From Lingula anatina (lineage: Eukaryota > Animalia > Brachiopoda): a DNA stretch of 64,000 nucleotides. How positions within the stretch are numbered: the first letter of the stretch is position 1; each line of letters starts with the position of its first letter. This document shows positions 51,935 to 64,000 of this stretch, piece after piece. The notes beneath the pieces are model-generated. The model ran no database searches, was not told the origin of the DNA, and saw nothing but the letters and a program-made list of their open reading frames with translations. A program made the position numbers and the translations under genes. Where the stretch lies: assembly GCA_051362555.1 (NCBI GenBank), contig CM120641.1, positions 10,540,001-10,604,000 on the forward strand, read 5' to 3'.

Positions 51935-53316
51935 TTTCGCTTCTGAGGTTGTGAATCCACCTATAATCATAAGGTATTAGTAATTTTTTTCAATCCTCCT
52001 GTCTTGTGGGGGTGGGTGCAATCTTGGACATAATAATTGTCCATGGTGCAATGCAGCACTAATCTTTGCTTGGCTTTAGAAATCATTCTGATTCACATGT
52101 AAATGATAGTTTTCACAACAGTTTAAGCTTTTACATAGAGTAAAAATGCGTACAAACCTTAGACCGAGTACATGTTACTGGACATCTATGTTTTTCGAAA
52201 CCTGTCTGTGACATGGGTTTATGAGATTGCCATAGAACAGACAAGAGAAAGTTTGAGACAGAAGAAGTTGAAATATAATTTCAAAATGACCCCCAAAATC
52301 TGAGGTTCTTTGATTTGGGTGCTTTAGTCAGTGCATGCTTGACACTGTGATAACGAGACAAAAAGTGGAAAAATCCATATAATACATTGGTAACACATAG
52401 TGAAGGAACACATTCTAATTTGGCTACTTATGTCCCTGGACCCGTTAACGTTTACACCTCGCTGCGACATTTCTACGACGATCACAACATTTTGGTAGGC
52501 CTAACTTTCATTATCTGTTTTGGTCGTCTCTTCGCCTTTACAGGGAACACATAGCTCTTTAATTTTTTTCTTACATTCGCCAGTGAAACATTCTTTATAA
52601 GTTAAGCAAATTTAGACAGTACCCTATCATAGCGGCACGTGGGAATTTGAGAGTTTAACACGACCGGTGGGTGGCATTGGGGTGTGATTGAAGACCTGTG
52701 AGACCTAGTTAATATCGATAATACTCTCTAGCGATGGCCACTGATTGCAAGGCATTTGCAATTCTTTTTAACAGTTTCTGACGCATGCAAACCTCTAGGC
52801 GACCGATTTAGAGTGATGGAGGCCATGAGAGGCGACTTGGGAGACTGTCCAGAGCACGATGTCACTGCCCTGGCAACCCAAAAGTCTGTGTATACCACCG
52901 ATGGCGACAATACGTCAAAATCGTTCTTCGAGAGGGCGCAAGCCCGGTGTAAACGTCATTTTATAAAGTGAACTTGACTTCACTAGTGAACGACTCTATA
53001 GGGGGTGCAAAAATACAAACCACGCTTTAAGACTGGAAGTGAAGACCTGAAACGTTCGATTCCCACAGGACTTAGTTCAGTTTGGTCGAGTGCCCGGCTT
53101 GAACCAAAATCATGCCAAATAAATAAAGTAGTCTGAGAGGTGTGCGCCCTATAATTGGGTCATGCTATCAGTGGCATCCAGTTTACCTTTGAGATTATGT
53201 CTATAAAAATTAAACAATGACTTCAGATGACTTGTTTGCTAGTCAGCAAGTAGCTTATTTTATTTTAATGTATTTAGCCTTTTGTCCGCTTTTGTGTTTG
53301 TACAGCAGTAAAAGAG

Positions 53317-53376
<60 letters not shown>

Positions 53377-54984
53377 GAGATTTCTCATTCCAGTTTTGAT
53401 GAAGTTGCATATTCAGTTGGATCCCCTGTGTTATGGAACCCTTGACCACTGCCAGCTTTCCTACGCAATACTAGCCAATACACCCCATGCATGACTTGGG
53501 TGGGGTGCGTCCCGTCGACCAGAGACAGAAAATTGGGAAATTACTTCTTACCAGCCGTTCTCCAAACCCTTACGCGTCAATAAATTCTGAAAACGCTAAA
53601 TTTGCTTTCATCTAAGAACAGTATCGATTCCCAGTTTTTGGCCGGTGTCCATGCCAGAGTTTCAGTTTACCATCTGGCTCAACGTAGACGGTTCCTGGCA
53701 GTGATCACTGGTCTCCTAACAAAAACCCTGCTGAAATAACTTCTGACGGTGAACTCAGGGTGTGTGCTGTTCTTGTAAAATGTTGCAGTCAAGTTCCTAA
53801 ATGCTATGAAACGTTTTTTAAGAGGAAAGCGTATTAACATTCTCTCGTCTCTGGGCGTGGTTTCCTTCGGACTGCCTTACCCAGGCAATTTTTCCTATGT
53901 GCCTGTTTTGTTATGATGTTGTCTAATCCTCTGAATGATTCTCATGGAACAACTCAAGCTTTTGGCATTTCGGCGAGTCAAAAATCCCTCCTATGTCAAC
54001 CGCTTGGTAAAAATGCGTCCCTCTCAATTAGGAGCCGCATGTTAAAAATTATTGGGATTGGGGTATTTCAATGATTAAGCTAGGTAGGTCAAAATTCTAC
54101 TACTTACATCTCCATTTTACACGATAGTCGTTGTTAGGTAAATTTAAAATTAATTCTCTGGTTACCCTTGTCGCAATGTGCATGATTGCGTAGGGGCGAC
54201 AGACGAGTATACATGTAACAGACACAGGTAAAATTTCACACCCTGTAATCAAGAGTAAAGATTCTAGGATAAAAACGGCACTTATAAACTTATGATTACA
54301 GTTACCAATAGCTCACAAAGTTCTCTGATTACTGCTACTTGAAGGAATTACAACTCTTCGTATGAGATTCAAAATTTCACAATAAATATAATAAATTCCA
54401 TTTTACCATATTAACGGGGGTTATCGCAATTATTTTGAAATCTGTTCTTGTGATCAGACCACGTGGATCTTCATATATGGCTATCCTCCGTAATTATCTC
54501 TTAAGAGAAAAAAATTACAATCGACAATTTTGAATGTTGGAACGGATGCATTCACCATTAGTTAGTATAGGAACACAGTCATTTACCCCAAAAATCCGTT
54601 TTATTGCGCTTTACCCGCCAAAAATGAATAGTTTTTATCCCTTTAACAAATACCTCTTTGTAAGAGATATACGTTTGACACTTAAGACTTAGGGGGCGTC
54701 ATTGATAGACAAGACCAAACTAATGCAAATATACACATAGCTACATACATTCTGTATCACATACAAATAAAATCAAATCTTTGTGCGAGTACGCAAGCAT
54801 TTGTATGATTCTGTAAACTTATGAATTAATATGTCAAAATATTGGTTTTGACACCTCCATATAGGTACATAAAATATTTATTGTGAGTTTGTTTTGAGTT
54901 ATGAATTATCACATAGTTTGCCGTGACATCAGGCTTTGAAACCCGGGTCTTTTTCAAACACTTCTCACAAATGACGGCATTCGT

Positions 54985-57380
54985 TCAAACTCTGTATCCT
55001 AAATCAATTTTAAAGTTTTTGGCCCGCTTTTCATACTCGGAGTTGAAAATTTCATTCTGTTGTACGGTAAATACACCTTTCCAGCCGCCCACTTTTCCTG
55101 AAAAAATATAATATACGAATCATATATAAATGTTAACTATCCAATTCTATGAAAAAGTACACAAGGAAATCATTGTGGTCTCTTTATAAATCTTGCAATA
55201 TTTTTTGTTTTGTTCTTTTTAATCGAAAAATTAGATGCTGTCAACGTTACAGTGCCATGCAAATCGCTAATATGGCAGCAGTCAAAGGATTTCGGAGTGG
55301 AAAATCAAGAAAATGGGGATATCCAAAAAAGTTTTAAAAATGATGGCCTATGCTTTAAATTTTTTTCTTTTTTTTTTTATTACGTAAATTGGCAGGAAGG
55401 ACAGGAGTTAGCAACATAATGAGGTTAAATCTTTATGAGCTCACCTTTCCTATACATTCCATCGCTTTTAGGTCGCCATCCACTCAACATATCGGCTTTG
55501 TTCTTTTTCATATTCTCAAAGGAGCACTGCTTCGCAACCTCGGCGTAAAACTCATCTGACTTTGGATACCCGATAAACTCTGCAACACGTTTTATCTCCC
55601 TAGTCAAATCCTGAAAATTGAATAGTTTTCAAACATCTTATGAATAATTAGTGTAAACATCAGTGTATACATGTACTTAACTCTCTAGTTTCTATGCAGA
55701 ATGAAAGTTTTGGTCTGACCATCACTTGTAAGATTTGTGAACTTGGGGAGGTATAACGCTAGGATGAAAAATTAAGGTTGCTGCCGTATACTTGACACCG
55801 ACCTGAAACCCATCGAGACTTAGTTAAGTGACTGTGAGGATAAAGTACGGATTTTAGTTGGAAATTCTTGTTGAAATATCATGTGTAACTACCTTTATAT
55901 TTAAAACTTGATCGAGGACAACGGATAAAATAATTTTTAACGGAATTGAGTACCATACGTACCTCTTTCAAATCCTCGAACTTGACCAGTTGAACATTGG
56001 AGTGGTTTTCAATAATTTCCAACCATCCCTCGACGTGATCAAACCAACTGCCACATTCAACTGAAATACATTTGTTAAAACTTAATGTTACCCTAAAGAA
56101 TATCGACTTTATAAATAAATAAATAAATAAATAGAAACATAAAATCAAACATTTTGCGCTCCCTACCTTTTCTGAAAATAATTACTTTACTACAAACCAG
56201 GTCAACAGTAAAAATGGACTTACAAATCAAAATACAAACATCCCACTTGAATTATACTGAATTAAATTTAATATTATCAGACCACAAAAACTGTACGTGT
56301 TTATGTTTGATCGTCCTTTGTTAATATCTGCTTTTAATGGTTTCTTTTTAAAAGTAAGTTTGGTTAATATTTAATACGTAAAATCTAATTTTTCACCAAG
56401 CTGCTCCTTAGAAGATTTTGCTAGACACAGATGACTATATTACCTTTGTTTTCCATAAACAACGAGAAAAATCCGTTCCAAGTTCCTAAATACGAATAAT
56501 CTTCTATGTTCCGCATGTGATAATACAGAGATACGGCAGCATCTTTGGGATGTCGGACGCTGTACAGCACTTTAGATTTAGACAAGGCTTGTTTAGGGAA
56601 AAACTGATAAGGCACATGGGTGTCGAGAACGCGCGGTGAGGGCATGGCATCAAGGGCGTTGCCGGGTCGCAATTCAAACATGCATTCTTCCTTGACGCGA
56701 GAAGAGAGTTGAGGTTTGTCACTCGTTAGCATCATGATGATCTCCCACAGCCAGTGAGTTCCTAAAATATCAAATACATTAGTAATAGGTATTTATCTTT
56801 AAGACCTGAAATGCTTAATGTTACTAATTCATGGCTACAATAATTTATTGCTTTAATTGCTTTTTAAATGAATAAGGACTAAAAATCCATGCATCCCACT
56901 GATTTTTTCCTGTAACTTGTGACTTGTACGAACATTTCGCATATTGTTGATATAATTGTCTAAACCGATAACATCCATAAGTGCGTTCGATTAACTTAAA
57001 AAAAAATGAAATCACCTAATGAAGTAGACCTTTTCGTCCCCCGTACCCTATACAAATTTTAACATTTCAACGCAACTTGATAAAGGAAAGAAGAAAGAAT
57101 TACCCGATTTGGGCCAGTTAACCACCCATATATCATCCTCTCTTGCTTGAAAGTGATTAGGATTTTCTACAGCGTCCTGTAGCCCTAGAAATGACCTATC
57201 AAAGGTAACTCCATTGAACTCTGTCAAAGATACCGTGTTTCCTTCGCAGTCTGTAAACTCATATGACTTGGGAAGTTTTCCTTGCCAATAGCGATAAAGC
57301 ATATTCTTAAAATCTGTCATAACCCAAGGAAACCAATAGATGTCCGCAAAAATTGTATACAACATGCGAAGTAAGCCCAT
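54985..57380 (-). CDS. Cytosolic-type (SULT1-like) sulfotransferase, copy B, 323 aa, 5 exons
   Basis: Exons 57380-57104, 56761-56444, 56060-55963, 55610-55445, 55097-54985. Exon lengths are identical to copy A and the motifs are the same (DTHVP, RKGKVGGWKGVFTVQQNE). Confidence 0.92.
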
Positions 57381-57870
57381 TTTCCTTGTCGATGTTGTGA
57401 ATCCACCTATAATCATAAAGAAAACTGCTGATTGTCAAAAATTGCGTTTTGAGGGTATGATTAAGAAGGTGTTTATATGGGGTGGTGGTGGTGGTGGTGG
57501 TGAGGGGGGTTGGTAATGGCAAATATAACTGTTTCGGTCGTGTTTGATTTCTTGTAGATAAAAACTTTTTACAGGTGTGTTTGTACTTAATGGTGAATGT
57601 TGAAATAATTATCTTTCTATTTTAAATAACAGCTTCAGAATATTTTTTCAAAATGACAAGTCAATGAGGAATCTGCTTCTATATATGTTTGATTTTTGCT
57701 AAAGCCATCACTGCGCTGGTGTGGCGAAACTGGGTCCAAGTTACAGTCCTCTGTTAAGAAGTAGAAGTAGTTTAGAATAGTTTAGAATGTGTTGTTTGTG
57801 GTTTTGTCAATACGGGAATCTTTTTCCCGTCGCGCGAGATAGGTATCAAACCACCCTTGCTGGCTTGTAT

Positions 57871-58036
57871 GGCCCCATTCAGAATAGGGAACTAACTAGT
57901 CCGAAGGTCAAATATGGCCGACCCACTTGAATACTACCTCACAGGATATCTATTCAGAGTCTATTAACGGCAAGCTTTGTAGTAGGTCGCCATATTTGAC
58001 CCTCGGACTAGTTAGTCCCCTATTCTGAATGGGGCC
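57871..58036. mobile_element. Tourist-like MITE with 3-bp TSD
   Basis: GGCCCCATTCAGAATAGGG.ACTAACTAGTCCGA.GGTCAAATATGGC ... GCCATATTTGACCCTCGGACTAGTTAGTCCCCTATTCTGAATGGGGCC, with TAT on both sides. Confidence 0.85.
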
Positions 58037-60894
58037 TATTATTGCTTTAACCGCTCATGACGTGGCAGGTGGGGTTGGAGCTTTGTAAACAGTACATGTA
58101 AAGAAGGTCAAGTCTGCTGACCGAAATTGACTGCATTGCCCGAGAAGGTTTGTGCGCTGATTTTATAAACAGCTTAGCTGAGGCTGATGGACGTTCGAAA
58201 AACTAGACGAAAACGTACATCAAATTAAATAACCTTCTACATCCTACGGCGCAGAAATAGCTACAATTTCTGTCTGTATGTTGGAAACAAGTACAAACGT
58301 GCTCTTTAATTATTACTGATACACAGGGAACTACTGCAAGAGAAAGTTAGTTTGACTTCACTTGTGAACGACTTGACATACGGCTGTACACAGGGTACAG
58401 TATATACTAACCACACTTTTTGGCTGGCACCAGTGATGACCTGGGAAGTTCGCTCCTTTCAGTATCTTAGGCCAAGTGCTAAAACTAGAACAAGTAAGCA
58501 TCAGTGACGGTGAAACATGCTGAGCACGAAACCCGCATCATATACCTACGTGGAAATGAATAGACGCCGTCGTCTGAAACGTGTTGAGTGCTCTTTAACT
58601 AGGTCATGCCGTTGGCAAAGTCGAGTAAGTGTGTGCTAAATAAACAAAAATTTATACGCGAGTCAGGAGCAAGAGCGAAGCATCTTTTTTTTTTTTTTTT
58701 TTTTTGCAATTCAACTTAATAGAGCACTGTTGTTTAAATTTTGGATACCACAATTTTTCTTATTTCCCCCCTTTTCCTTGATAGAACAAATCGTCAATCA
58801 TTTACATTGTGCACTACTTCACAAAGGCGTTCTGAAACAGGCTTGGCCTATACATTTATAAAACACCAGAAGAAAATTCACATTAAATCAAACCGCGACA
58901 AGTTAAACTGCAAAGAATTTTTATTATATTATATTATATTATATTTTTTCATTAAAACGATTCGATATTATGTGTCGTGATAATAGGAAGATTAGATAAT
59001 GGATAAATAACTGAAAAACTGCGAGTAATTTTTTTCTAAATCTATTTCATTTTTACCGAAATAAAGAGTGAAGTAATTGAGTACAGAATAAAACACAAAA
59101 CTTGTTGAATAAACTGCGTAAAATGCCCTTATTGGCGTCCTCTTTCGACTCCAGATCCTCTCACTGTCGCGTAGTGGCTCGCTTTTGTTCTCAGTCAAAT
59201 GCCTCTGAAACTACCTTAGGGCATTTTCTTAGTGTTTTCTACTAGACGTTCTTTTATCGCAAACGAAAGTCAATTTCTACTTTTTGAAATTCTGAAATAA
59301 ATAACAATAAGACAGAAGTTCAACTGGCAGCTCTTTATTGAAAACCGATCACGCTGCCCCATGACAAGTGGCTTTCCAGGTGGGCCTTTTTCTGAACTAA
59401 ATGTTAAAATCACAGCTAAATGAATACACACGTTGCATAAACTGATGGCCTTCTATAGGGATACGACTCCAAAATTAACGTGGCGTTAAACACGTGCTGT
59501 CGTAACGTAATCCCTCGTTTTCTTCTTCATTAGTTCAGCTAAGAAAGCTTATATATATACTAAAAAATAATGGACAGGAAATACCTATAGTAACATTATA
59601 AATCAATTTTTTTATAATCAGTATACCATGCTTCACTGTACATACGTTTTGTATATGAGACTAAGTGATCAGACAAACGTCAAAGACAAAATACTTCACA
59701 TCCGTTCCTTTACATTTTGGAGTTACGGCAGTGGTGTAATCTTTAAGCTTTCACATTTCCCTATTTTCAACAATTATTACCGTCATAGCACCTTCAAAGT
59801 TGCCTGGCTTATTTGGGAGTATATTGCACAATTAATACAGTCATACGTGTAAGCAATTATCTACTACAGTATTTTTATAACGTAATGGTAAGCAAACGAT
59901 GCACCGTACACCTGTTGGTTTGTCCCCACGACAGCAGCAGCACAAGGAATTTCACAGTATACGTATTGGTCCGGTATAAACTAACTAAAACAACAGGGAT
60001 CATATAAAGCAACAGGGATCATAGCAATAATCTTTAATGTTTCAAGTATGGTCACAGCAGAGTGGAAAGCCATTTCTAATTCCTCTTTATCATTCCAATA
60101 CTAATATAACTACAGCAATAAAAGTACACTTTTTTCAAAACTAAATGATAAGTACCTGAAAATAACCCTTTGCAAAATTTTGAATAAATAAATAAATAAT
60201 TCATGAAATGAAATAAAATGTCAAAAATACTAGACTGTACTCCTTTCCAGATCAAGCCAGATACAATATTTCAATGTATATTCAAATTAAGTAATTTGCA
60301 AAATAAATACAACTTCCAATCCCATCATCAAGTGATGCTGATTGGTAACACAACATGAATAAATAATTTGTTTACCATTTTCTCCAAAAAATGGAACCAC
60401 TTCAACATAATAGCAGCACAAGCTGACATCCTTTTACAATGTGAATCTTTTGCATTTTTCTACAGCGTGAAAAGCAGCCATTTACTTTTGGTGTCCTCTA
60501 TGTCTCCACATCTACAATTTCATCAAGTCAAAGCTACATAAACAGTTACATTGAACATAAAAACTAGACTACTGGACTACGTGTAGACTTGTTTCTGTGG
60601 ATACAGTCTCTCACATTATATAATAAATTCTAATGCAATTTATAACATTGCAGTGATAGACATGCTACATGGACAAGATTATCTCTGATATGGATATCTT
60701 TTAAGCCGTGTTCATAGCTTGACTTGATATAATAATATATCTATATATATTTTACACTGGTGTTTGTTTTATGTCCTAGCTTGATCAGTCTACTGAGTTT
60801 TTGGCAACTGGGTTCTTGGAAAATACACCATTCTAAATAATCCACATACTTATTTTTTCTTGGAGTGTAAGAGTTTATGGCAAAATGTTTTGTC

Positions 60895-62078
60895 CTATAC
60901 TGAAGTTCCAGTGTCTCCACTCTTGGCCACTGTGACAGCCTGTAAGATACAAAATATCAATAAAAGGTATAGTACAACATGAAAGGATTCCTTTTTTACA
61001 TTTCATCCCTGACACACAATAATATTTGTAGTGATAAAATCCTCAAACCAGTAAGCATTTCATCCCTAACAAAAAACAATTGATTTACCACAGATAGAGA
61101 AATCTAATATAAATATATAGATTGCAAAAATTTCATTCCAAAATTTTCAGAGTTGTTTTGAATAATAGTTGATAAATGTTATTTTATGCATACGTAGCTG
61201 TGTGGTGAAATATATCTAATATCTAAGTAGAACCCACAAGCAATATGTATTCAAACTGTATATCATATACTTTTGGGAGATATTGTTTCATTTGCATCAG
61301 AGGTAATTATCAATTGACTATCAGCCTATCATCAGCATAACAATACTGAACTATTAAAGGTATAATTATAACCAGATTGCAAAACACCACCACTGATTCT
61401 CTGACATTACCTCACTTTGACTTGTTGAAAAATAAGAAAATCCCCTTTTAAACACTAATGAAGTTACAAATAATTACAAAGCACTACAAAGCAATATACT
61501 TTATTCTATGCCACAGACAAAAGTTAACTAGTTACCAGCAGAAGTTGTACAAAAAAAAAAAAAAAAAAGAGAAGAAAAGAAATGTACCAAAAGATACTCT
61601 CCAAAAATTGCCAATGCTATAATATCGTGAGTCATATATATAATATCGTGAGTCATATATATATATATATATATATGAAGGATTATCAAATGTACTGGCA
61701 TCTGTAAGCTGTTTTTGATTACTTAAAAGTCTGTGTTGAAGACTAACTAGGTTGCTGAATTCCTCCAATCTTTAACAGAATCCACACAAACATTTATGTA
61801 ATTTAAACAATTTATAGATGCATTGCACTTATGATCCTACAAACCCAAATCATAAAATTATTATGTAGTTGTCTATTAATTTAGGTGTGAAAAATTAAAA
61901 TGTTTGAAAAAAGTCTGGCTGCTGTAATCTTCAACAGTGGTGTGAAATAGTTTTGAGGCAAATTCATTTATATATTCTTAGGTTGACATCACACTGAAAA
62001 GATTGTCCTAAATAATTAAAAGTTAATTTTTGACACCTTGACTTGACTGATTTACAAAATCAGTATTTTGGAATAAAA

Positions 62079-62113
<35 letters not shown>

Positions 62114-63904
62114 AAATAAAAAAACTCCAATACCAAACTAAAAACAATCTTTTCACAATGATGTAAACAAAAAACGGGTTTTACAAAACCTGTATCAGCC
62201 CAGACGAATAATTTCTACATTTAAGTCTACTAACATTGGGAACGTTTATGGGTAACAATCAAAAAATGAAAAGGAATGTTTTCATAAAAAAAGCACCTAT
62301 CTCACAGATTTAAATAGCCGTTTGTATATTCAAATTATTTCTCATTTTCATGTCAAAAAAGCCCCCGTCATCAATATTGATTTATCCCTATTAATATCTG
62401 ACCCTACTCCTTGATGTCCCCATGATGTTAATACTTACCACCCTTTGCTGCAAGCAGAGAGAGGAAAGGAACAATGAACTATGAGTGGACAACAGTCAGG
62501 ATATCGAATAGGGGGAACATGTCACTGAATATAATATTCACATGCCTTTCGCAAAATTACATTAATAGTGGCTAACCATTAAACATGCCTTTTAATTACA
62601 ATTTCATTTCAATATTTGGTTTTTCAGTAAGTATAAAGTGGCACAAACTTTGCAGAGTAAAATAAGCATCACTATAAACTTTTTCAGTCCTTAAAAGTCT
62701 GGAACGTAACTAGTCATACCAGCTCTTGCTCTAACCACATTAAAAGCAACTTTGCTAAAAACTGTGAAAAAAATTTCAAAATGAAAAACAAGCTAAGGAA
62801 TGCAATGAATGCGAATTTCATTTTTATTCCCATGTCATTCAAAAAGGGATGCTTTAAGCGCAACACTTTATTAAGCAAGGAAGGGCTTGATGTATCTAGG
62901 GGGAAAAAAGCACTGATCCCAAATTTGTAGTTGGTTAAAAGTCAAAATCTTTATATCTAACACACAAAAAAGTGTTCAGCCTAAATGTATGCCTGGAATT
63001 CATTTAAGCGAGGTGTTTTTTCATTTCACTATAGCAAGGGTATATTTTTTACTGTATCAAACCTTGTCTGAAAGTCTAGGACCCTGTGGGGAGACAGAAA
63101 TGTTGCTCTGGAAGTAGCCATTTCACCATTCAACAAAGGGAACAAATACCATGCAGTTAGGTAAATAAACAGATGTAAGATGCAATGAATTACACTATGA
63201 AGCTAAATAAAAAGTTCTGGGATGTTTTCTTGCAGATAAAAATAAAACTTAAAAAAACTTCAAAACAAAAATTTTCTGCAGAAAAATGAAAATAAACCCC
63301 ACCTAAACCATTAAATGGACATGATTTTACGTGATTTTTACATACCAATCTTGCTGCTAACTGCTTGTTCTTCATGATTTCGCTCTCTAACTGTTTTTCT
63401 CTATCTGCCAGTTTGTGTTTAAGCTGAAATAACAACAATAACAATCATATATCAGAAATACTAAATGTTCACATTTTCATAAACTCAAATTATTCAAACA
63501 TATCCTTAATTGTCTTATAGCACTTTATCAATCTTAATCTTAGCAATATTATGAAGTTGCATCACTGAAGAGCATTTTTAGACCAAATAAACTGGCTTTG
63601 GAACGCCAAAAAAGCTTTTTATGAAACAAGTAAGATGCACATATAAGGCTTATTTTCACTTACACTAGAGCAGATGAGGAAAACATGTCATGCATAAATG
63701 CAATGTTATATACAATGCCTTGGTCTTTTGTTTTTTGACATCAGCAATAGTACACATCAGATAACCCACTCATAAACAAAGTATATGTGATGCCCACTTG
63801 TGCTTTGCACCCGTGTACATAACATCCATCTCGTTGAATTGTGGTGGATCTTTTACTTAACTCACCTGCTCCACCTCCCCAGCTGATACTCCTGCAGTCC
63901 CATT
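60895..63904 (-). CDS. RRBP1: 3' end of a ribosome-binding protein 1 (p180)/kinectin-like coiled-coil protein; the gene continues beyond the window
   Basis: Phase-0 exons 63904-63866 (NGTAGVSAGEVEQ), 63423-63346 (LKHKLADREKQLESEIMKNKQLAARL), an optional 62447-62439 (QRV), and 60939-60895 (AVTVAKSGDTGTSV*). The coiled coil ends in GTSV, as in vertebrate RRBP1. Confidence 0.6.
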
Positions 63905-64000
63905 CTGAAACAATTTTAATGTAACCAATATTACAAGAACTTTCCTGGACCATGTTCACATCAGGAGTTATTTAGACTGGAAATGGATTTGATTACCCCC

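Noticed and set aside
53030-53110. GTTCGATTCC B-box-like motif
   Set aside because: No cloverleaf or A-box is visible, and the motif is not conserved in the paralogous upstream region at ~58445.
61405-61435. Second possible microexon in the RRBP1-like intron (aag|TCAAAGTGAG|gtaatg on the - strand)
   Set aside because: At 10 nt it would shift the frame, and the acceptor is weak.

Overview
AT-rich, intron-containing animal genomic DNA, probably from a lophotrochozoan such as a mollusc (inferred from gene content and repeat style). It is not prokaryotic, and most ORF-track entries are noise. Genes reconstructed exon by exon, in order: a 76-aa single-LIM (CRIP/MLP-like) gene (+); TMED10 (-), with an intact selenocysteine tRNA gene nested antisense in intron 3; MRPL33 (+); RPS6KC1 (+); an unrecognised two-exon 125-aa mitochondrial-type membrane protein (-) head-to-head with RNASEH2C (+); a senju/SLC35A nucleotide-sugar transporter (-) head-to-head with POLR2I (+); a DNAJC4-like gene (-, 3' end unresolved); two tandem sulfotransferases (-); and the 3' end of an RRBP1/kinectin-like gene (-) with a candidate 9-nt microexon. 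Several non-autonomous DNA transposons/MITEs with TIRs and TSDs lie in introns. The most unusual structure is a near-perfect 2-kb palindrome (940-bp arms) in intron 1 of the LIM gene. It carries an apparently captured promoter plus an ATG-only first exon in both orientations, and its centre has a template-switch scar. All family assignments are by motif recognition; no database search was run.
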